Assembly: GCA_002269645.1 (NCBI GenBank)
Contig: NIVC01001593.1
Coordinates: 1 to 64,000 of the forward strand
DNA from: Macrostomum lignano
Taxonomy: Eukaryota
Length of the DNA stretch: 64,000 nt
Direction: 5' to 3'
The position numbers were made by a program, and so were the translations under genes. Shown one piece after another: positions 1 to 11,772 of the stretch (within the stretch, counting starts at the first letter, position 1; each line of letters begins with the position of its first letter). The notes below the pieces were generated by a model. That model saw nothing but the letters and a program-made list of their open reading frames with translations, was not told where the DNA came from and did not search any database.

Positions 1-132
1 CACTTCACTGCGCCTTGGGGGTTGGCCCTCAAGGACGTTAATTGCACGAGAAGACCCAACCCGAACTTGGAATTGAGCCTGGGACGCTGGCACATAAAGA
101 ACGGCGTGCTAGACCACTGGCTGCGGGCCCCT
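1..132 (-). mobile_element. tRNA-derived SINE-like element (head), truncated by window start
   Basis: Minus strand reads GGGCCCGCAGCCAGTGGTCTAGCACG...CCCAGGCTCAATTCCAAG, with A-box-like and B-box-like (GGCTCAATTCC) motifs; a diverged second copy lies at 19307-19470. Confidence 0.55.
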
Positions 133-199
133 GGGTTTGGTTGTCAATTTACTACTAGCTATCTGGGGTTACTTGCTTTATATGGGGGTTGCTTGCTCT

Positions 200-525
200 G
201 GGGAAATGCTGAGATATCAAGTCTTGGGTGGAATTGATGAGATGTAAAATCTTGGGGGGAATTGCTGAGATGTAAAATCTTGGGGGGAATTGCTGAGATG
301 GCAAGTCTTGGAGGGGGAATCGCTGAGATGTCAAGTCTGGGGGGGGGAATCGCTGAAATGTCAAGTCTTGGGGGAAATTGCTGAGATGGCAAGGCTTGGG
401 GGAATTGCTGAGATGGCAAGGCTTGGGGGGAATTGCTGAGATGGCAAGGCTTGGGGGGAATTGCTGAGATGGCAACGCTTGGGGGGAATTGCTGAGACAG
501 CAAGGCTTGGGGGAGAATTGCTAAG
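200..525. repeat. Minisatellite, ~27-29 bp unit GGGGGAATTGCTGAGATGGCAAGGCTT
   Basis: About 11 degenerate tandem units are directly visible. Confidence 0.9.
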
Positions 526-944
526 TTATAAAGTCTGAGGTCAAAAGTTAAGGTTTAGTTAATTAAAAAAATTATTACATTCTTTGTTTGCTCCCCAACG
601 GGGGGGGGCGTAGATTGCTAGTCCATATACTAAAATGGATTGCGAACATTGAGTGAGAAATTTAAAGCAGAGTCACTACAAATTTCTCAGTGCAGTATAA
701 GTTGTATAGGCTGCCAATCAAATACGCGGTAGACAATGTACAACTGCACGAGGCCAATTATGCATCGGTTGTAAAACAAACAAATAAATGACCAAACTGT
801 AATTGATATTATTACAGCTCACTCGACTCGCAATTCTATTGCACAACTTGTTTGAACCTCGTCACTGCGCATAAATCAAAGTTTTGTTAGCGAAAGAACA
901 GGCAAAGATGAAAGTGAATTCAGGGCCTCGTATAAAGGCAAGAC

Positions 945-1330
945 AACGAGATTCTCCCACTGGGATTCCCGCACTAGAATTCTCCCCCCAGCCGGGATTC
1001 TGCCACAAGGGTTCTCGATCCCCCACCGGGATTCTCCCACTGGGATTCTCCCACAAGGGTTCTCGATCCCCCACCGGGATTCTCCCACTGGGATTCCCGC
1101 ATTAGGATTCTCCCCACCGGGATTCTCCCACAAGGATTCTCGATCCCCCACCGATATTCTCCCACAAGGATTCTCGATCCCCACCGGGATTCTCCCACTG
1201 GGATTCCCGCACCAGGATTCTCCCCCACTGGGATTTTCCCACCGGGATTCTCGCACCAGGATTCTCCCCACCGGTGCGAGAATCCCGGTGGGAGAATCGG
1301 TGGAAGAATCCCGGTAGGGGAATCCCGGTT
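945..1330. repeat. Composite GGGATTCTCCC(C)AC array that inverts orientation near 1265
   Basis: Units read GATTCTCCC up to ~1270 and GGGAGAATC afterwards; 20-bp perfect inverted repeat at 1238-1257 / 1273-1292. Confidence 0.85.
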
Positions 1331-1904
1331 CTCCTTTCTCCGCCCCAAGTTTTCTCTTTAAGTTCAAGTGAATACTTGATTTAGCACATAAAATACACGT
1401 ATTTAAATCTGAAGCCATAGTGGCTTCTATTCTTGTCTTTTTTAGTCTATGGTATACCACACGATATGGACACTCCGAAAAACTTTGTAAAAACTGGGTA
1501 AGATATCGGGTGCTAAAGCCTACAGACAGTACCTCATTCAGTTGGACAGTTCAACAGCGACAAAGTAAAAAAGGTCTAATAAATTTCGTTTGTTCTTAAT
1601 ATAACATTTTTTACTAAAAATAGTTCAAATGTAGTCCTGCCGCATAGCTTGCAAGAAGTGTGCATCGGTGCTATTTTTAGTTGCATGCCAACCAGGACGT
1701 GCTGTTAAATAGAGCCCGCTACGCGTGGCTAAGGCGGCTAAAGAACTGAGCCACGTCAAAGTGAGCTGACGCGACAGGACACCACTTGGCAACCCGCGGG
1801 TTTGCCGACAGCGGGTTGCATAAAAATGATTGCAGTAATCTGTTCTCAAGCAGATCAAAACAACAAGCTCGGCTACAACTTCTCACCTGAGTAAACAAAA
1901 ATTC

Positions 1905-2450
1905 ATGGAGATCCAGCTTCCGAGACTGCAGATGTTGCTGGTTTCGTTGATCCTCCTGTTGCTGTGGATACCAGATGAGGGTTCCAGCCTCCCTACCAGA
2001 GGCAGAAACAGCGACATCATCCTGCGCGACAAAGTACGCCGCCTGTGCCCGGACATGTACGACCAGCACCTGCGGGATGGAGGCATCCTGACGGCCGACT
2101 CCAACAAGCACGGCGTCAACGGAGGCGGCAAGAGAGTCATCCGCTGCAAGAATCACACAGGCCACGATGGATTCTGCAGCAAGCGAACCTGCCTCATGCA
2201 TGACCCGAGCCTGCTCACGCCTGCCTATTACGACACGACCTGCTTGAGCCGCTCAAAGCCTATTAATTCAATGCTGCCTTTCAGCAAGTACAGCTGCCAG
2301 TCGCTGCCGATGCCCGTTCCAACCTACCAGTTTGTTGGAACCTGTCGAGGCCTGTCAGTCTACCGTCTGGCTACGGAGCTGCGACCGAGAGAGTGCCGAG
2401 TGATCTTGCACGAGCCCACTGGTCTCCGCTTGCGCAGCGGTATGCACTGA
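1905..2450 (+). CDS. Intronless secreted cysteine-rich protein, 181 aa, IL-17/trunk-like cystine-knot candidate
   Basis: ATG-to-TGA ORF with GC3-rich codons, hydrophobic signal peptide (MLLVSLILLLLW), 8 Cys; spacing C91-x8-D-x12-C113...C131-x15-C147-x-G-x2-VY...C164 resembles invertebrate IL-17s. Confidence 0.7.
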   Translation: MEIQLPRLQMLLVSLILLLLWIPDEGSSLPTRGRNSDIILRDKVRRLCPDMYDQHLRDGGILTADSNKHGVNGGGKRVIRCKNHTGHDGFCSKRTCLMHDPSLLTPAYYDTTCLSRSKPINSMLPFSKYSCQSLPMPVPTYQFVGTCRGLSVYRLATELRPRECRVILHEPTGLRLRSGMH

Positions 2451-3439
2451 CTTCTGCTTGAACTGCGTGGGCCTCTGTCGCTCATTTAGCAATAGAAATT
2501 CACTCAGCAGCAGCCTAAAGGGTATAGCGTATACAGGCATGTTCTCAGACTCCAGAAGCTTCATCTGAACCCCGTCTCTCCGTTCTGTATTGGTCCTCTC
2601 AGTTGTGCAAGTTCTCTACACAATCTGCCCTCCGGGTTGCAATGCGAATTCTACATTTGTGCGTCATTTTTTTCACGCATATTCCGCCTCGATTATAATG
2701 TAGCAAGGTTCACGGGGAATGCCACTATCTTTGTATAGATAGTACAACAATACAGAGCTCAGGCCTTCGCTATTGCAACTTCGTACACCTTTTTGCTTCA
2801 GGGTGCGTACATTTGCTACATGGTAACTATTTTTATCAACAATCTTTTATTGCACCAACCGCAGATTATAACTATTTTTGCACATTTTTCGCACCAAACC
2901 CGTGTTATAAATGCTCGCACTTTCAAACTTTAACCTGATTTTCGAAAATATTAGTTATAGTACAGATTTCAGTAAGCTAAGCTGTCAAGTTCAGCTCATT
3001 ATTAGAATAAGAATATTAAATTTCATTCCATTTTCATTTGCTTAAACTTGTGTCAACAAAAAGTTAAATAAACACAAAATCTTCTTTTTCAAAGCATTAT
3101 ATCATCGTACGAAGAGGTATACTTAGTATACGAACTGCAAATGATTACTTCAATGGCTTATGAAAATTCACAATCAGTCAGTGGCATTGGTTTACATAAA
3201 CAAATATATATTTAGCTGGCTAAATATAGCTTTTTTGCAGCCTACATTTAGGCTCACAAGCATTGAAAGAGACAAAGTCAAACCGCCCCACACACTGATG
3301 GCGCTGCAGATATCGTGCGAGTGAATAGTGTGACAAGCGACAAGTTAAAACGGATTTTTTATCCTGGCAAAAAGTTGGAAGCTCTTCTTATATACCGAGA
3401 TTTGTCCCTAATATTCGCTATTATTTATAGCTGCCGTCT

Positions 3440-3700
3440 CATGGATGAAGGCCGTGCCGGATGTGCCGTCTCCGAGGCCCCGAAAACCCAGGGGTTAGGG
3501 CCACAGACACCAGCTGCTACTGCTAATGCTTGAGAGCAGTAGAAGCTACAGTCTATGGTTAAAACCCCGGGGTTTTCGCGCTGCGGATAGGTGGCTGGAG
3601 TGGCCCATCTAGGGATGACTGCAACTGTCTATGGCCAGAACAAGGGGTCGCAGTCAACCCTCATCAGGACCCTGAATATGCTCCGCATCTATTGAGATTC
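3440..3700. mobile_element. GC-rich structured segment, probable retroelement UTR/SINE fragment
   Basis: Hairpins CTACTGCT/AGCAGTAG, palindrome AAAACCCCGGGGTTTT and long stem GGGATGACTGC/GCAGTCAACCC in an otherwise AT-rich background; family not identified. Confidence 0.3.
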
Positions 3701-4742
3701 TCTCATTCTGTGCAGCAAGAACACTAACAAGCATGAGAACTAGAACAAGCTACTAACTATTGAAAATAAAACAAATTGAAAGTTACTATTGAAAGATAAA
3801 ATTTTTCACCTGAGCCCATCTTATCTTCAAGCGCTTTTGCTGGAATGTCCGCGGGTTCAGGCTAGAAGTACTTCAGCATACTGTATACTCTCTCTAGCTT
3901 CGTCGCATCTATCTTATTGCATGATTTTGGACTATTTTTTACCATAGATATTTTCAGAAGAAACTGTAGCATAGGTTCTGTTGTGCTACATGGAACAGTG
4001 TGGACATGCAAACGGAACGGCCCATAGAGTTCTATGGCCAAGCGTTTGAATCAACGCACAAAAGTAATCTCGGTGACAAGTGGATTTGTCATGCTATATG
4101 GAATTATGAACCAAAATAGAACCCGCTGAGAGAATGCGAAGCCTATTGTTCGTAGTTAAATTCTTAGTCTTATTTATAACCAAAATATTAATTATCCAAC
4201 GAAAACCTTACTAAATTGCTAAATCTGGAATTCGACATCTGGAGCACTACTGTGGCGAAAAACTTTGCGCGCTACTAACCGCAGTAGATAAATTCGGGTA
4301 TAACTTTTAAATTTCTGCGATGCTGCTCGTAATTAAGCTAAACAATTCTTCCGTTCTCTACGTAACTAGGAAGGAGGCCGATTTTAACTGGGAATATCGG
4401 CTTGGAAAATGCGATGCTTTATTTTTTTACATTTTGCTGCTTTCAATTTTTTACGTACTGGTGTAAAATTTGCTTCATTATTGTCTAAGTCTTTCTACCT
4501 CAGACACAACACGCGATTACTTCGTTTGCAATTCAAAAGTAAAAAAGATATGATATTGAGCGCGAATCTCAAACTGAACCGCTAGTGCGCCGTATAATTG
4601 GAAATCCGGTGCTGCTTAGTGATAGTCATAATAGGGAAATAATTATGATGCTGAGTGTGTGGAAGCTGAATTGCTGAATGAAGAATTGCTGTTAGCTGAG
4701 TGCAGCGATATTCTAAATCCTGTTGCGGTTTCACAAGCCGGT

Positions 4743-5935
4743 TCAGCACAGCAAATCCTGCAGCTCCTCCCGGCCCCCAGCCAGCAGCAGCACCCACTGC
4801 TGCATGTTCAGAGCAGCTCGCAGTCCTGTAGGCGGCAGCACCGGCGCGGTGAGGTGGCCTGCAAACTCCTGCGGCGCCGGGGCGAACATGGGCCAGGCGA
4901 AGGCCAGACAGGCCAGACACACACAGCCGCCAGCCACGTACCCGACAAAGCGCGGCGCCTGAAAGAAGCCGGTGACGATCAGCAGGGAGCCGGACATCAG
5001 GAGCACCGCCCAGGCAACTAGCGATACAATCAGATGGTTTCTTAATTCGGTCTCGACCTGCGGCTCGGTGAGCACAGCATCCAGGCAGGATGGGGCCGCA
5101 ACCAGCCAGGTGAGACCGCGCACTGCAGACATTTCGTTGCTGGCCAGCAGCTGCTCCAGGTGGTCTATGGACTGGTTGATGCGGATTTAGCTAATCCAGA
5201 CTAGATAGACTGCCACAGTGCCAGCAAGTTAGTAGGTAAGGCTGCTACAGTGTCAGCATTCTCTCCCGCTAGGCAGGATGCCGCAATGTCCCCTCACTCT
5301 CTAATAATAAGCAATGGCAGGATGCCGCAATGTCCCCTCACTCTCTAATAATAAGCAATGGCAGGATGCCGCAATGTCCCCTCACTCTCTAATAATAAGC
5401 AATGGCAGGATGCCGCAATGTCCCCTCACTCTCTAATAATAAGCAATGGCAGGATGCCGCAATGTCCCCTCACTCTCTAATAATAAGCAATGGCAGGATG
5501 TCGCAATGTCAGTTACGTCTCCATTAGCTTCAGTTTTGTGTGCTGCATGAAACTGTTTATTCTGCTTGATGTTTACCCAACAAAGACAATGTGCCTTACC
5601 TGCTGTTTGACCTGCTCATTGTAGTCCAGGTTGTCAATGGGCATTGCGCCTCGAAAATTAACCCTAGCACCCGTGTCAGCGGCTGTCTCCATCACGTTGC
5701 TCAGCTTCTTTGCTTTGTCCTCATCATCAAGCTCTTGCATTCTATCTTCAATGAGGGCATCATTTTTTCTTTCATCGTCTTCTTTTTCGTCGGCAATTCG
5801 CTCGTTTTTCTCTTTCTCTTTGCTTTCCTGTGCAACTTCTTCCAGCTTTCTATTTTCCTCTTTTAATGTTTTCGTCTCGGCCAGTTGGGCAGCACTGCTT
5901 TGCTCTGGTGGATTTTCGGACTCGGAAATCTTTAT
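4743..5935 (-). CDS. Orphan protein with acidic coiled-coil-like region and two C-terminal TM helices; 5' end not resolved
   Basis: Exons 5935-5600 (cctag|ATA...CAG CAG|gtaagg; E/K/D-rich) and 5171-4743 (gctaaat...accag|TCC ATA GAC; TMs LIVSLVAWAVLLMSGSLLIVTGFF and FVGYVAGGCVCLACLAFAW; ends TGA); both junctions phase 0. Confidence 0.6.
5272..5510. repeat. 44-bp tandem repeat, 5 full copies plus a partial, intronic
   Basis: Unit GGCAGGATGCCGCAATGTCCCCTCACTCTCTAATAATAAGCAAT. Confidence 0.95.
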
Positions 5936-6077
5936 CTAGGACAGTTGGATCAAGTAAAGGAGTTGAGCTTTGAGCGCAGATGCTTCAATGACACTCGTAG
6001 ATGTCGGCTGTGCGCCCAGATTGCTGGGAGCTCGTGTGCCCCAGACTAGTGGAGTTTTACCATAGACATGTTTTCTT

Positions 6078-7190
6078 GGCCTTCTTGAACTTTAGGTACG
6101 TAAAATACTTCCAATTTTCCAATTTTTCTGAAACTTTCGCCAGAGTCTTAGAGGCTGTCCAAAATGATAATAAAGCAAAAAAACTGCAAAAAATAACCCT
6201 CAGAGGTAACAGGAGGTCGATTTGTTAATCTCCTATGTAACTAGTGTTAATTTGATCCAAGCCATTTCGGAGAATTGTGTGTTTGAAAGTTGAACTTTTT
6301 TAGAATCATAACTTTCTAATGTAAATATTTTCCAAAATTTGATGAAATCATTCTAAAAAAACATATCGAACGTTCGAGTTGCATCTCTGAAAAAAATAGT
6401 GTCTATTCTAATTTTTCTTCACTCAATCTGTTATAGTGCAGCAAGAGTGCCACGTCAGTTTACTGTTTTTAAAAAATGCTGACTCACGGTTTGCCACCCG
6501 CCCCTCACCACCTGCGTTTTGATTCGCTGTCATTCTCTCATTGTTGATTACTACTAGCCGTACATTCTTTACTTGTTTACCTATACTAATTTCTACTAAT
6601 CTGCGTTGTCTCCATTCCGAAGGTAACTACAGCTGCTAATATCAATTAGTTTTAATAGAATTATAATTTTTTCTCCATGATTGTGTTTTTGATAACTTGT
6701 TGAATTTTTAAGCTTCATTTCAATTTTCCCCCTAGGACCCCCCCCCCTCAGTCTCCGAATTTATCTACCTAATCTTCAATAGACCTCCATACCTCTATTG
6801 AAGTTTAGGTACGTAAAATAAATCCCCATGAAGATTCTCCCCGCCCTAACACCCCCCATTCCTCATACCTCAGTTGTTGGTAGTTGTCAGCCCCCTTGAG
6901 ACTTGCCCCCCCCCGAGACTTGCCCCCCACCCCCTCAGTCTCTGAATTTATCTACCTAATCTTCAATAGACCCCTATACCTCTATTGAAGTTTAGGTACA
7001 TAAAATCAATCCCCATGAAGATTCTCCCCACCCTAAAACCCCCCCATTTCCCATATCCCGGTGGTTGGCTTTAAGCTACAGAAAATGAAGCTCAAATTTG
7101 AAATCAGCATAATCAAAAACCCCTATAGAGACAAAATTATGATCCTATTGAAACTGCAACTATTATATCTACCTAAAGTTCAAGAAGGCC
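6078..7190. mobile_element. Non-autonomous hAT-type DNA transposon, 1113 bp
   Basis: Perfect 21-bp TIRs GGCCTTCTTGAACTTTAGGTA (6078-6098 / 7170-7190), 8-bp TSD GTTTTCTT (6070-6077, 7191-7198), internal ~187-bp duplication, no transposase ORF. Confidence 0.85.
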
Positions 7191-8075
7191 GTTTTCTTCT
7201 CTATTCAGGACGCGATAACTATTAAATTATGATAAAAATACAAACATTTAGTGTAGTTTTCTAGCTCCACCGGACAGTAGCTTCGTCATTCCACTTCTGT
7301 TGTACTTGTGACACAGTCAGACAGCTAAGTAAACGTAAACGTTCTATTTAACATATACTATAATACTCGAATTACACAGGCTGATAAAACTGCTGAGATG
7401 CCTAAGTAAACATGCAGAGCATAAATCAAATTGGCCTATTATAAATACTTAATGCTCAAACATCAGCTCCGCCTCAATGTGGCAGCTAATCTCGTTAATC
7501 CCGATCATCCGGACAATCGCAACATCAGAAACAACAATTACAGATCATATCATCCATTCATCCATCTGCTCGGAAGCGTGGGGCTTTCGAACAAACGCCA
7601 AACAGAATCTGATTGGAAACTTATAGCTGGATGGGATTCTGAGGATCGCAGCGCACAAGCCCTCTGTCAGTCAGTCTCCGACACTGACCTTTTCCTGTAT
7701 CTCTCTACTGCACTAGCCACATCCCAGATGAGGGAGGAATGCAACGGTTGAAAATATCCTCATTTATTTGCGCAATTGTAGAGGCAAATCATTTTAGAGA
7801 AGGAAAAGGAGAAAGAGAGAGAGAGGGTAGGCATGATGCCAATGCCTACAGAGAAAAATCCCGAAAGAGGATTGAATAAACATTGAATGTGGCTTATCTG
7901 CCTACTGATTGATCCCAGATTCCGAGGGCCCCCTGTAGTCTTTGATAAGCTTAGTGGATTGACAAAATTACCTGCTCTATAGATCAACTCAGGTAAAGTT
8001 CTTTAACACCCCAACTTAATAAGAAACTTGTAACTGTAGGCACGTCTTCCTGGAAACCGAGAAAAGCTCCGACGT

Positions 8076-8330
8076 CTTGTTTCCAGTCCAGAAGTGTTCT
8101 AGGAGTCCCTGCCTGGCCTTCCCGACTTGCTTCCAGACCATTGGAGTTCTAGGAGTCCCTGGCCTTCCGGACTTGTTTCCAGTCCAGAAGTGTTCTAGGA
8201 GTCCCTGCCTGGCCTTCCCGACTTGCTTCCAGACCATTGGAGTTCTAGGAGTCCCTGGCTTTCCCGACTTGCTTCCAGGCCAACAGAATTCTAGGAGTCC
8301 CTGGCCTTCCCGACTTCTGGCTTTCTTCCA
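8076..8330. repeat. ~96-bp tandem duplication built from TCTAGGAGTCCCTGGCCTTCCCGACTTG subunits
   Basis: Copies start at ~8076 and ~8172, with a partial third. Confidence 0.8.
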
Positions 8331-9364
8331 CCTGTCCAGGGGAGTTCTAGATTTATCATGATCGCTGTAAAATGGTTTCGAAAATAAAATAAAGTACACT
8401 GTGCACTTTTTATAAGAACGCAAGAATCACTGGCTGGTTTTGCGGCTTGTCAAACATCAAAACTAAAAGACAACTAAGAAGAGAGTGTTATTGTACTCGC
8501 GCGGAATACCAAAATTGCAAAATTCTGGAATTTCGCAACATTCGGATACATGTAATTTATCTGCTGCCTCGTGCTTGATCTTGTCTGATATTATATCGAA
8601 TAAGTGACCTCGATTAACCCTAACCTCAGCTAGCACTGATCCTAAGAATGCCAACTAAGCCAAGGCCCCAACCCAGCAATTGGGAATGCAATGGGAAGCG
8701 CAAATCAATCGGTTATTTTTAGAATAAAAAATCTTGAACGGGACAAAACGAGCAACGGGTCCAACCAAGTGGGCTTGATTTCTGCTTTCCTGTTTACAAC
8801 TGAATGCTGCTATAATTGATACTAATTCCTATTGACATTGTTTGTACCAACTGAGCATTGGGGTGGGCCGGTGCATGAGTCAGTCAGTCATTAATAAATC
8901 ACCAGCAGCCAATTAGCAAGGTGTTGTTGAAAATTTCCTCAAAATTTCACTTTTCAATTACCTGTCATTTGCATTTTTTATGGAAACGTAACAATATCGA
9001 GGCTTGATGAGGTACCTCCTTGAGCCCTGACGACAGAGAGTTGTTGCAACCCCCAGCGAGACGTGTGAAAAATTTAGTATAGCAAATTGCTTGCGGTTCT
9101 GACAGAAAAGACGGCACTGGACAAAGAGCAAAAAGTATTATATGGGGAAAAACTAAACACTTATGCAAAAGACAGCAATACGGACATGAGACTGGACCCT
9201 TCATCATTATTAGTAGCGGTGCAGAAATGAGTTACAACAGAGCAACATATCAAGGTGATCCTCATTCCAAGCTTTTTCAAGGCCATTCGCCAGTAATGTA
9301 CTTCCTAATTTAGGTTTTAAAACTAATAACAGTGCTTGTGTAGATTGTACAGCCCAGCAATCGA

Positions 9365-10655
9365 TCAGATTGACAGCAACTCGATGCTGGGCTCGCGACC
9401 GTTCGCGACGTGAGGTGAAAGCCGGCTGTGCTGCTGCTGCTGCTGCCGCAGCTGATGCAGTTTCGACTGCCTGCGCACTCCGCTGGCAACGCTGAGGCTC
9501 CGACTGCGCGATCTGCGCCTCTCCGCCGAGTCGCCCCGGCACCAGCAGCAGCATCCGTACAGCAGGTCCGTCAGAGCCAGACCGAAGCCCTTGTGCGAGC
9601 AGTGGTACACCAGGATGTTCAAGGACGAGTCCAAGCAGGTGAGCAGATTGGCAACGAAAGCAACGGCTTTGCCTAGGACGGTGCCGGGGTCCAGGCTCTT
9701 CAGCAGAGTGGGCCACTCGCACAGGCAGAACAGCAGGCAGAGCAGCAGGACGGTCCGATTGCCGGAGCTCCAGGGAGCCCGGCGGCCGCTCTGCCGGCCG
9801 AGCACCGACAGCCGGCGCCGGCCCTGCTTGGCCAGGCGGCGGGCCAAGTCCAGGCTGAAGAAGGCCAGGCAAATGATGGGGCCGGCGTTCTGGAACAGGC
9901 ACAGCAGGCCGCCCAGGTAGGCCAGCCGATAGGCCTGCGAGCCAATCAGCAACGGGTCGACGTGAGTCACCTGACTGGCGGGCTCGCACACCACCGGCTG
10001 GAATTCGAACAGTCTCGGCAGGGCCGCGACGGCGCAGAGGGCGAGTCCGCCAGCTAGAAGGCGACAGTCCTTGGCTGAGCAGGCCTCCTCCACTGACGGA
10101 CGGTCGGATCGGGCCACGGCCAGCCAGCGGTGCCGGCCGATCAGCACCACCGCCCAGTTCCTAGAGACGTGCAACGCGGTGCCCAGGAACAGCGTTATTG
10201 GCCCGAGGGCCGCCACGGCCACCGCCAGGTGCCGGTTGGGCAGCAGCAGCCGGTTGGAGTCCATGGCCAGCACCAAGACCTGGTTGCAGCAGAAGACCGC
10301 CTGCGGTCATTGATGCGGTCAGGCAACAGAATCAATGATAAAACCTCAAAAACAGAACAAAAGTCTTCATTGACCCTCTTCCGTTGAGGGGCTCGACGGG
10401 GGGCGAACTACTTACTTGGAACATGGCCTCCGCCAGAGACAGTCGCGCCAGCAGGAAGTTAAACCGACGCTTAGGCCTCATCGATTGGAACGCCATCAGG
10501 CAGGCAAAGTTGAGCAGGCTGTTGGTCAGAGTCAGGCCTATCATCAGTCCATAGTAGGGCCTGAGCATAGGGTTGTTAGCCAGGTATTGCTCATTCTGTT
10601 CCGTGGCATTTTCGCACTCATGCGAACCGTTGCCAACAATGATGAAGTCCGGCAT
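9365..10655 (-). CDS. Class A (rhodopsin-like) GPCR, peptide-receptor-like, 391 aa
   Basis: Exons 10655-10416 (CAA|gtaagt) and 10300-9365 (gaccgcag|GCG), phase 0; seven hydrophobic segments, TM3-end HRW, TM6 FCLCEWP, TM7 DSSLNILVY. Confidence 0.85.
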
Positions 10656-11201
10656 TCTTCCGTTGGAAGTTTATAATTTCAGGACAGGCGGCTGCTCTGC
10701 TTTGAGCTGTTGCAGACGCGCGGTTTCGCTTTTTATAAGTCTTGAAAACCGAAGCAAATGAATGCCTGTGGCCAATGAGAAAGCTCCAAGCTGCGCCGCT
10801 CCAAAGATACATGCAGAACCAACCCGGTGGACCTGAAAAGACCTTGCTTGACTGCCCTCTCGCATATTTGTAAGTTCATCCATTTTCTAGTTAAGCTGCC
10901 TTACCGCACATGCGCGTTGAACCGTCTTCTTTCCACGGGCAGAGCGATGTTTGCAATTTCTGCAACAGTCACTCTCAATCGAGAATGCCAAGGAAAGCAT
11001 AGGTGCGTAATACGTACTAGGCCAGCCCCCAGCCAGCACCAGGCACTCTCGAAACGATGCAATCATTTTTGTTTTCAGAATACACATTCACATTTAGCAG
11101 AAAGTGCACGCCAATTCTGTTATGAGGAAGAAAACTTTTTGTTTATATTTATAATAGAAACATTTTTTCTGCCATCGTCGAAAGCCAGCAATATAGGAAT
11201 A

Positions 11202-11772
11202 CAGTCCACTTCGGTAACACCCACTTCGGTAACACTCACTTCGGTAACACCCACTTCGGTAACACCCACTTCGGTAACACCCACTTCGGTAACCCCCACT
11301 TCGGTAACCCCCACTTCGGTAACACCCACTTCGGTAACACCCACTTCGGTAACACCCACTTCGGTAACACCCACTTCGGTAACACCCACTTCGGTAACAC
11401 CCACTTCGGTAACACCCACTTCGGTAACACCCACTTCGGTAACCCCACTTCGGTAACACCCACTTCGGTAACACCCACTTCGGTAACACCCACTTCGGTA
11501 GCACCCACTTCGGTAACACCCACTTCGGTAACACCCACTTCGGTAACACCCACTTCGGTAACAGCCACTTCGGTAACACCCACTTCGGTAACACCCACTT
11601 CGGTAACACCCACTTCGGTAACCCCCACTTCGGTAACACCCACTTCGGTAACACCCACTTCGGTAGCAGCCACTTCGATAACAGCTAGTCAATTTCTTTA
11701 AAGTTTTTTTTGCAACATAGAATAAAAATATACTGTTACGAAGAGGCCATCATTTGTTACCGAAGTGGACTG
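11202..11772. mobile_element. CAGT-ended MITE (Tc1/pogo-like ends) containing a 15-bp minisatellite CACTTCGGTAACACC (~31 units)
   Basis: ACAGTCCACTTCGGTAAC (11201-11218) is the exact reverse complement of 11756-11773; flanks are TA left and TG right. Confidence 0.7.

Noticed and set aside
624-636. CATATACTAAAAT, identical to part of U6 snRNA
   Set aside because: Only 13 nt; flanks, including the ACAGAGA box, do not match.
3640-3667. Minus-strand CTGATGAG followed by a stem-loop (hammerhead-like)
   Set aside because: No GAAA after the stem, so the core is incomplete.
7431-7751. 106-codon ORF with a TTG start
   Set aside because: No ATG, no recognisable domain, no coding-like codon bias.
8614-8625. 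TTAACCCTAACC telomere-like motif
   Set aside because: Under two units; not an interstitial telomeric array.
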